Shown piece after piece: positions 16,938 through 24,195 of a DNA stretch of 64,000 nt. Numbering within the stretch: position 1 is the first letter of the stretch; the number at the start of each line of letters is the position of its first letter. Both the position numbers and the translations under genes were made by a program. The stretch spans positions 1,713 to 65,712 of the forward strand of contig JBKPTH010000123.1 in assembly GCA_046765915.1 (NCBI GenBank), written 5' to 3'. The DNA is from Acidobacteriota bacterium (GTDB taxonomy: Bacteria > Acidobacteriota > Thermoanaerobaculia > Multivoradales > UBA5704). The notes beneath the pieces were generated by a model. The model was not told the DNA's origin and ran no database searches. It saw only the letters and a program-made list of their open reading frames with translations.

Positions 16938-18161
16938 GTGCTTCTGAATAAGGAATTGGATGAGTTTCTCGAACAGAAGCAGGGAGAGAGGGATGAAGTT
17001 TTGCAGCCTTCTAGCCTCCGGAATTTTCCGTGGCCAAGCGAAGATCCTTTGAATATCCCTCAACCCTCGCGTATCGCCTCGGACGATGATTACCTACTAC
17101 TTACGGCAGCGGCTACGGCGGTTCCATTCGATGCGGAGCGCTTTGATCAGAGTACACGGCAACTCGATCTTCCTGGAAGAGTCCACTATCTTCTCACCGG
17201 AGCGAAGTTTCAATTTAACGGCGTCGAAGCTGTCAGATCAGAGCAACTGTGGAAAGACCGCATCGCGCTGGCAGTGGCAAGGGGCCAGCCAATCTTCATA
17301 GTCTATCCCCTCTTCTGCAAGATTGGCAACTGGGCAAAGCAGATGAATAACATTGCGCCTAATGCGGGGGATGAGGCCACTATTATCTTCTTTGGACATC
17401 TAAATAATCTGGTGAAGAGAATCTACCCGCCCGGGCTACATATCGCAGTAGTGTCAGATGCACAACTATACAACTCGGCCTTTCAAAACCCAGAAGTAGA
17501 GGTGGCTACATATATGGAGGGTGTGAAGGATCTAATCCGCAAGCATGAGGCGGACCAATATATTCTATTCTATAATTACGTAGACATTCTCCGCGAGTTC
17601 TCAGCCGAATATATGAAAGCGCATCAGCACTTCCATCGCACAATTTGCGACGAGCCCAAGAAGGTAATGAGCATGATCAGCAGCGCTAGGACTCTCTTTG
17701 AGAGCGTTAAGGCCAGTATCAACACCCGGAAGTATGAGATGTCCTACCGTGATCATCTGGAACTATTCAGTTCTCTGGAAGACCGAAACAATGCCTTCTT
17801 CAAAATCATCGAGAATATGACCAAGCTCGCTTTTGAGGAGGTCTTGGCTATCCGACTTGCCTGTGGCTATCTCAATGTCTTTGATAGAGTTTGGCCTGAG
17901 CACGTTCGCGCGACGTGCCATAAGGGCAAGAAGGATGGCAGGGCAGTAATTGGACTCCGGCCGTATCCAGAGTATTATGGGAGCTCGAAGCTATTGCCTT
18001 ACCATGGCGTGCCGCTTATTCATAAGCCAAATAATAGAACTAGGCTGGATATCGTTCCGGAGGTTCTACTAAGGGGCCGGCCAGAATTGACACGGATTCT
18101 TACCGCAACCGACGTGACGTATTTCTACGATGGCACATCCTCTACACCACAAGCCGCATAA
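16938..18161 (+). CDS. PvcA/IsnA/Dit1-family isonitrile-synthase-like protein (divergent)
   Basis: Blocks PIFIVYPLFCKIG, DEATIIFFGHLNNLVKRIYPPGLHIAVVSDAQLYN, WPEHVRATCHKGKK..IGL and LLPYHGVPLI parallel the family blocks I recall (FPxKS, YPPG..xxSDG, FPxxxRLSIH, TPWH). GTG start with AAAGGAGAAAAGA upstream. Confidence 0.5.
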   Translation: MLLNKELDEFLEQKQGERDEVLQPSSLRNFPWPSEDPLNIPQPSRIASDDDYLLLTAAATAVPFDAERFDQSTRQLDLPGRVHYLLTGAKFQFNGVEAVRSEQLWKDRIALAVARGQPIFIVYPLFCKIGNWAKQMNNIAPNAGDEATIIFFGHLNNLVKRIYPPGLHIAVVSDAQLYNSAFQNPEVEVATYMEGVKDLIRKHEADQYILFYNYVDILREFSAEYMKAHQHFHRTICDEPKKVMSMISSARTLFESVKASINTRKYEMSYRDHLELFSSLEDRNNAFFKIIENMTKLAFEEVLAIRLACGYLNVFDRVWPEHVRATCHKGKKDGRAVIGLRPYPEYYGSSKLLPYHGVPLIHKPNNRTRLDIVPEVLLRGRPELTRILTATDVTYFYDGTSSTPQAA

Positions 18162-18179
18162 TGGAGGTTCCAAGCTAAT

Positions 18180-19151
18180 ATGAAAGCTTTAGGTGTCTTT
18201 GAAGCCGGTGCTCCTGAGAATCTTCGAATAATTGAGTTGCCGGACCCTCATCCGGCGGCTAGCGAGGTTGTGATAAAGACCGCCTTTGCAGGCGTGAATT
18301 ATGGTGATGTCATTCGACGCAAGCGCGGTCTCTTCCCAAAGGACAAAGAGTCGCCGTATGTTCTTGGATTCGAGGGAGCAGGTATCGTCTATCAAGCAGG
18401 AGAAGGAACCTCACTCAAAGAGGGTGAGCGTGTTGCCTTTTTTGTAGAAAGCGGCGGGTATGCGCAGTTAGTGCGAGTGAATGAAGCCTACGTCTCCCGG
18501 ATACCCGAATCAGTGAGCCTGGAGGTGGCAGCCGGTGCGACATGCGTAGGCACAACTGCATGGCACATTCTGAACCTCGCGGCTCTCAAACCTGGGTGCA
18601 AAGTCATAGTTCATGGAGGCGCTGGTGGTGTCGGTTCGGCGTTACTTCAGTTCGGTCGCGAGTTTGGGCTACGACAGCTTGCTACAGTCGGATCATCCGA
18701 GGAGAAGGCAAGGTATGCAAAAGGGCTTGGGGCTGATGAGGTAGTCGTGAGATCTCGTGAGAATTTTGCGGCACGCGCCATGGAGTTTGGTGCTGAAACA
18801 GGAGTCGACGCCATATTCGATTGCATCGGTGCCGAGGTCGTGGAGGACAATTTGAAGGTTCTGAAATCCGGGGGAATGTTAGTGTACTATGGATCTACTT
18901 CTGGACATCCGAACTTCCCTGGCGGCACGGTGCTCATGAAGGGCCTGCGAATCCAAGGCTTCGTTATCTTTGATGTAATGTACGATAAATCGCGATGGAG
19001 GAAGGGGGCCGATGCTGTTTTCGAAGCGCTTGCAAGCAAGAAATATTCAATCAACATAGAGAAAGTTGTACCTATGGAGAATGCGCGCGAGGCTCACGAG
19101 CTACTTGAGGCTCGACAAGTGATCGGAAAAGTCGTAGTCGATATGTCGTGA
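18180..19151 (+). CDS. NADPH:quinone oxidoreductase / zinc-type alcohol dehydrogenase superfamily (MDR) protein
   Basis: EVVIKTAFAGVNYGDVIRRKG, Rossmann motif VHGGAGGVGSALLQ and C-terminal GKVVV are typical QOR features. Confidence 0.85.
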   Translation: MKALGVFEAGAPENLRIIELPDPHPAASEVVIKTAFAGVNYGDVIRRKRGLFPKDKESPYVLGFEGAGIVYQAGEGTSLKEGERVAFFVESGGYAQLVRVNEAYVSRIPESVSLEVAAGATCVGTTAWHILNLAALKPGCKVIVHGGAGGVGSALLQFGREFGLRQLATVGSSEEKARYAKGLGADEVVVRSRENFAARAMEFGAETGVDAIFDCIGAEVVEDNLKVLKSGGMLVYYGSTSGHPNFPGGTVLMKGLRIQGFVIFDVMYDKSRWRKGADAVFEALASKKYSINIEKVVPMENAREAHELLEARQVIGKVVVDMS

Positions 19152-19176
19152 TTTTACCCGTGGTTGAGCAAGCTCA

Positions 19177-20100
19177 ATGGTGACTAGGGCCGGCAGTGGT
19201 GACCTTCCGCTTCGGCCAGCGGTGTGGGAAAAGTCTTGGAGTCATTATAAGATACTCGCCTCGTGTTCACCGCTTGCGTTCGATCAGAAAGTGCTTCAGG
19301 TGCCCCCCGAGCAACGCGAGGTACTTCGCTCGACATGTTCGGTATTCGTAGATGTCTTACGTGCCACAACAACTTTGGTAGCGGTGGCTGCGGCAGGATG
19401 CCAGGGCATCTTCGTTGATATCAAGCCGAAGGACAGAAAGTTTCGATTCGTGCCGCCATTTGAGCGCGGAGAGTGGGTCTACGGCGGCGAGCAATATGGA
19501 AAGCCAATCGAAGGTGAGACTGTAACGGGAGAGCTTGTCGCTGGGGTTATCGACAACTCGCCCATGTCTGTTCGGCCTGAAGACCTCGCCGGCAAATCGC
19601 TCCGGTTCTTTAGTACGAATGGCGCGCGCGCCTTGGGAGCGTTGGCGTCCACCGGATTCGCATCGGTGCATGCGGTAAGTTTTGCTAATATCGAGGCTAC
19701 TATACAGTCAATTATGAATCGCGCGCCGGAGCGTATGTGGTTCACATGCGGCGGCTTCTACGGATGTGCTTCGCTTGAGGATAGTGTTGCCGCAGGTATG
19801 GCTATTAATCTGAGCATCGCTAGTGGTTTTGCGGATCTTGACGAGATCGACGATGAAGCGATGGCTATGCTGATTCAGGCACAACACTTTATGGAGAACG
19901 GCATATTGCAGGCCGATCGTCTCCAAAGAGTGCTCGCCAATAAGCAAGTAGCGCGCCTGATCGGAGCATACGAACATGCGGCAGATATCCCTGCTTGCGT
20001 GTCTGGAATCGGTCTGCCAGATGGGTTGTGGCTCGCGATGGAGTCTACTGTTTTAGCTGTCGAACGCACAGGGATTCCATTCTTAGTAGTTGAGAATTGA
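19177..20100 (+). CDS. 2-phosphosulfolactate phosphatase (ComB) family protein
   Basis: VFVDVLRATTTLVAVAAAG and GGEQ...VIDNSP match the ComB family signature (DVLRAxTT, GGE, NSP). Confidence 0.6.
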   Translation: MVTRAGSGDLPLRPAVWEKSWSHYKILASCSPLAFDQKVLQVPPEQREVLRSTCSVFVDVLRATTTLVAVAAAGCQGIFVDIKPKDRKFRFVPPFERGEWVYGGEQYGKPIEGETVTGELVAGVIDNSPMSVRPEDLAGKSLRFFSTNGARALGALASTGFASVHAVSFANIEATIQSIMNRAPERMWFTCGGFYGCASLEDSVAAGMAINLSIASGFADLDEIDDEAMAMLIQAQHFMENGILQADRLQRVLANKQVARLIGAYEHAADIPACVSGIGLPDGLWLAMESTVLAVERTGIPFLVVEN

Positions 20101-20369
20101 GATAGGAGTGTGGCTGCTTGCTCGAAAGCGGTGCGGTAGAGGCTGGAGTTTTTCTCATAGGCTTGGGTCCGGTGGCGCTTCCATTAGACTGCTAAGACAC
20201 GGCGGCTATGCGGTAGGTTAGCAGGTTCCATGGTGCAAGTACCTGAGGAGAGGACTGTCATGGCATCGATGTTCTGCCAACCTTTCGGCCAGATGGCTAC
20301 GCCTGCATTGAACCTTAAGCACTCCTCCTCCGTACACTTACCGGTATCCGTCTTGAAAGGAGCCAAGTC

Positions 20370-21074
20370 ATGGGCAAGCCGCAGGTGGAGGGTCATTGGC
20401 ACAGCCTGATCGAGGGCTTCTCGACCTCAACATTGGACTTCTACGAGCTGGTCAAAGCCGGCATCGCTCGGCGGGAGATCCCCAATCTCAAGATCTCCCA
20501 AGTCGAGTGGAAACAGAGCGGCCTCGGTTCGGGAAAGCGAGTGTATCTGAGGGTCAGCCGCGAGGAGCTGAACTTCGACATCTGCGCCGCGCCTTTCGGC
20601 ACCGGGTACTTCTTCTCCTGGTGGCTCGCAAAAATCTCAAGGGCTCTCCTCGATGTTCTCTTCCTTTTCCTTTACGTGGTCGTGGTGGGGTTCATCCTCT
20701 TCCGCGCCACGGCCGGGAATTCCGGGAGTGGTGAGGAGATGATGGTGGGCGACTCAAGCTCTGGCTGCGCCGGGTTCTTCCTTAAGCCCCTCATCTTCTT
20801 CGGCATCCTTGTCGCTCTCGGCTTCCTCGTCCGCTACAACGAGAACCTCGGCCTTGAGCCCACCGTCCTCTCCATGCCGATTACGGGCTTCTTCTACGGC
20901 CTCATTTTCCGCCCGGCCACGTACTTCAACGAGGACACCGCGATCATGTTCCGGGAGTCCGTCCACCACGCCGTTCTTGAGGCCATCGACCAAGTGACCA
21001 CGGCCCAAGGCGTGCGCGGACTCTCCGAGGAGGCGCGTAAGATAACCTTTGAGCCCCGCGGCAGGAGGAGCTGA
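20370..21074 (+). CDS. Hypothetical multi-pass membrane protein (234 aa)
   Basis: Soluble N-terminal ~85 aa followed by hydrophobic segments (LLDVLFLFLYVVVVGFILF, LKPLIFFGILVALGFLV). Lies 18 nt upstream of the large ATPase gene. Confidence 0.6.
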   Translation: MGKPQVEGHWHSLIEGFSTSTLDFYELVKAGIARREIPNLKISQVEWKQSGLGSGKRVYLRVSREELNFDICAAPFGTGYFFSWWLAKISRALLDVLFLFLYVVVVGFILFRATAGNSGSGEEMMVGDSSSGCAGFFLKPLIFFGILVALGFLVRYNENLGLEPTVLSMPITGFFYGLIFRPATYFNEDTAIMFRESVHHAVLEAIDQVTTAQGVRGLSEEARKITFEPRGRRS

Positions 21075-21092
21075 GCCGCCCGGCCCTAAGCG

Positions 21093-23306
21093 ATGCCTGA
21101 ACCGTCCCTGCCAGAGCGCTTGGCCGAGCAGTTCTATGCCTGGGAACTCAGGGGTCGGGGCTGGCAGGAGTTCGCCCGTCCCGTCGCACTTGAGCCGCCC
21201 TTTCGCCCCTTTCCCGGATACTTCCTGCCACCAGTCCGGGACGACGGCTACCGGGCGGGACTCCTGGAGCGCCTCTTCGTGCCGCGCCGCAGGGAGCCCG
21301 CGACACCGGAGACCCTGGAGCCGGAGGCGGAGACCTTCCAAGGCGGCGAAGCGCTCATCGAGTGCGCGGTCTCGCTGCCCTCTGATGCGGCGGTCAGAGC
21401 GGAGAGCGCGGAGCGCTTTCTCCTGGCCCTCTCCGGGGCGGAGCTGCCGCTGGCCTTCGAGGTCGTGGGCCTCCCCGAGACTCTGAAGGTACAGATCGTT
21501 TCCCGGAGCCCTGATGCCGCGCTGCTCGGAAACCAGCTCCGCGCTTTCTTCCCTGAGGTCGGGGTCCAAGTGCAGCCCCAAGGACTGCGTGAGGTGTGGA
21601 CGAGAGAGGCGGGCGAGACCGTGCTCGTCCAGTTCGGCTTGGCGCGTGAGTTCATGCTGCCCCTAGCCTCCTTCCGCTCCCTCGATCCGGACCCGCTCCT
21701 GCCGCTCTTCGGGGCGCTCTCCGAGCTTGAGCCCGGAGAAGTCGGCCTCGTGCAGATCCTCTTTGCGCGGGTGCGGGAGGAGTGGGCCGAGAGCGTCATG
21801 CGGGCGGTGCTTGCTCCCGGCGGTGACAAGCCCTTCTTCGTGGACTATCCCGAACTCACGAAGGCTGCGCGAGAGAAGATCTCCCGCCCGCTCTTCGCCG
21901 CCTGTCTCCGGGTGGCCGCGAAGAGCGGGGATGCGACCGGCGCCTGGCGCATCGTCCGCGACCTCGATGGCGCCCTGACTCACTTCGGCGCTCCCACCGG
22001 GAACGAGCTTCTGCCTCTCGCCGCAGAGGAGGGCGAGGAGGCTATGGCGGAGATTTGCTCGCGGACCTCCCGCCGGCCGGGAATGATCCTCGGGAGCGAC
22101 GAACTTGCCGCCCTCGCCCACCTGCCGAGCGCCTCGGTGCGGGTCCCGAAGCTCGCGAGGGAAATCCGGCGCTCGAAGGCGGCGCCGGCGCTCTCAGAAG
22201 GCGCGGGGATTCTCCTTGGCGAGAACCTGCATCACGGCAGGACCGTACCGGTCAGGCTCCCGAATGACCTCCGCCTCCGGCACCTGCACGTGATCGGCGC
22301 CTCGGGGAGCGGCAAGTCCACGCTCCTCTTGGACCTCATTTCGCAGGACATCGACGCCGGCCGGGGTGTCGCCCTCCTCGATCCGCACGGCGATCTTGTG
22401 GATGAGATCCTCTGCCGCATCCCCGAGGAGAGGCTCGGCGACGCGATTCTCTTCGACCCGGCCGATACGGGCTACCCGGTCGCCTGGAACATCCTCGAAG
22501 CCCACAGCGAGCTGGAGCGCACCCTGCTGGCCTCGGACCTCGTAGGCATCTTCCGCCGCTTCTCGACCTCCTGGGGCGACCAGATGACCTCGGTCCTCGG
22601 GAACGCGGTCTTGGCGCTCCTTGAAAATCCCGGCTCCACCCTTCTTGATCTCAGGGAGTTCCTGGTGGACCGGCAGACCCGCGAGCGGCTCCTCGCCGCG
22701 GTAGAGGACCCCTACCTCCTCTCGTACTTCCGGCATGAGTTCCAGCTTGCAGCCGGGAAGAGCGTAGGGGCGATCCTCACCCGTCTCGATGGATTCTTGC
22801 GCTCGAAGACAGTGCGCCAGATTGTAGGGGCCAGGGAGAGCCGCCTCGATCTGCGGGCCGTCGTGGACCGGGGGCAGATCTTCCTTGCGAGGCTCTCCGA
22901 GGGGGCGATCGGCGAGGAGAATGCCGCGCTCCTCGGCAGCCTCCTCGTCTCCAAGTTCCACCAGATCACGATGAGCCGGCAGGAGATGAAACGGGAAGAG
23001 CGCCGGCCCTTCTTCCTCTACGCCGACGAGTGCCAGGAAGTCGCGACCGCTTCCATGGCGCAGCTCCTTGCGGGGGCGAGGAAGTACGGCCTGGGACTCA
23101 CCCTCGCCCATCAGGATCTCCGCCAGCTCGAAGGGAAAGCGCCCGAGGTCTCCGCCGCACTCTTGGGGAACGCGGGGACGCGAATCTCTTTCCGGGTCGG
23201 TGATCGGGATGCGAAGGCCCTCTCTGAGGGCCTCTCTTTCTTCGGGCCGGCCGATCTCATGAGCCTCAGGGTCGGCGAGGCCATCGCCCGGATCGACAAC
23301 TCCTAG
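21093..23306 (+). CDS. VirD4/TraD/HerA-FtsK-type P-loop ATPase with ~380-aa N-terminal extension; ends at an in-frame TAG inside conserved sequence
   Basis: Walker A GASGSGKST, FFLYADEC, KYGLGLTLAHQDLRQL. Aligns with 11218..12495 through and beyond the TAG at 23304-23306. Confidence 0.8.
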   Translation: MPEPSLPERLAEQFYAWELRGRGWQEFARPVALEPPFRPFPGYFLPPVRDDGYRAGLLERLFVPRRREPATPETLEPEAETFQGGEALIECAVSLPSDAAVRAESAERFLLALSGAELPLAFEVVGLPETLKVQIVSRSPDAALLGNQLRAFFPEVGVQVQPQGLREVWTREAGETVLVQFGLAREFMLPLASFRSLDPDPLLPLFGALSELEPGEVGLVQILFARVREEWAESVMRAVLAPGGDKPFFVDYPELTKAAREKISRPLFAACLRVAAKSGDATGAWRIVRDLDGALTHFGAPTGNELLPLAAEEGEEAMAEICSRTSRRPGMILGSDELAALAHLPSASVRVPKLAREIRRSKAAPALSEGAGILLGENLHHGRTVPVRLPNDLRLRHLHVIGASGSGKSTLLLDLISQDIDAGRGVALLDPHGDLVDEILCRIPEERLGDAILFDPADTGYPVAWNILEAHSELERTLLASDLVGIFRRFSTSWGDQMTSVLGNAVLALLENPGSTLLDLREFLVDRQTRERLLAAVEDPYLLSYFRHEFQLAAGKSVGAILTRLDGFLRSKTVRQIVGARESRLDLRAVVDRGQIFLARLSEGAIGEENAALLGSLLVSKFHQITMSRQEMKREERRPFFLYADECQEVATASMAQLLAGARKYGLGLTLAHQDLRQLEGKAPEVSAALLGNAGTRISFRVGDRDAKALSEGLSFFGPADLMSLRVGEAIARIDNS

Positions 23307-23510
23307 GGCGACTGCAACCTGAAGACGCGGCTCCTGCCGGCGATTCCCTCCGAGGTCGCCACAGAGCGGTACCACGCGGTCACTCTGCGCTCGCGGGAGC
23401 ACTATGCAGTTCGGCGGGAAGAGCCGCAGAGAGCGGAGCCGGAGCGCGAAGCTCCGCCGGAGGCGACAGAGCCGGAAGCGCCACGGACTTCGGCGCCGCC
23501 CCGTCCCGCA

Positions 23511-24083
23511 GTGCCGCCGCCTCCGCCCCCGAAGCGAGCGACGCGAGAGGAACCTCCCGTCCTGCCCTTGGGGCGCGGAGGCCCCGAGCACCAGTACCTC
23601 CAGGATCTCGTAAAGCGTTGGGCGGAATCGAACGGCTACCGCGCCGTGGTCGAAGAGGAGATCCTGGGAGGGAAGGGCAGCGTGGATGTCGCGCTCCGCA
23701 CCGATGAGTTCTCCATCGCCTGCGAGATCTCGGTCACCTCGACCGTAGGCCAGGAGGTCGGCAACGTCCTGAAGTGCCTCGAAGCCGGTTTCCATGAGGT
23801 CGCAGTCCTGGCGCTGAAACGTCCGCGCCTCGCGAAGATCGAAGCCGCCCTGAAGGCGAAGCTCCCGGCCGCAGACCTCGCCCGGGTGCATTACCTGACG
23901 CCCGAGGAACTCTTCACCATGCTTTCCATGCGGCCCGTGACCCGGGAGACCGTAGTCGGCGGGTACAAGGTGAGGGTCCGGCACGAGGCGGTCGATCCCG
24001 AGGAGGCCGCCGCCCGCTACAAGGCCTTGACCGAAGTGATCGCGAAGAGCGTGCGGCGCATGCAGGGCAGGGAGAAACCATAG
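23511..24083 (+). CDS. Continuation/second part of the ATPase reading frame: Pro-rich linker plus ~150-aa domain with possible restriction-endonuclease-like (PD-(D/E)xK-type) pattern
   Basis: Same frame as 21093..23306, with no stop between 23307 and 23510. The pattern GGPEHQYLQDLVKRW...GSVDVAL...ACEISVTS is tentative. The GTG at 23511 is the first start-type codon. Confidence 0.45.
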   Translation: MPPPPPPKRATREEPPVLPLGRGGPEHQYLQDLVKRWAESNGYRAVVEEEILGGKGSVDVALRTDEFSIACEISVTSTVGQEVGNVLKCLEAGFHEVAVLALKRPRLAKIEAALKAKLPAADLARVHYLTPEELFTMLSMRPVTRETVVGGYKVRVRHEAVDPEEAAARYKALTEVIAKSVRRMQGREKP

Positions 24084-24195
24084 TGGGTCGCGGTGAAGGG
24101 GGGCACATTCTGCCGCCTTTCCTCCTGCGCCTGAGGTCCCCATCATGACGGGAGTCCTTTCCTAACCCCACCCTCAATCCCTAAGGAGGAATCCC

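Noticed and set aside
16638-17063. ORF 16638..17063 (minus strand, 141 aa)
   Set aside because: It overlaps the 5' end and promoter region of the PvcA-like gene in antisense, and has no motif and an odd composition. Likely spurious.
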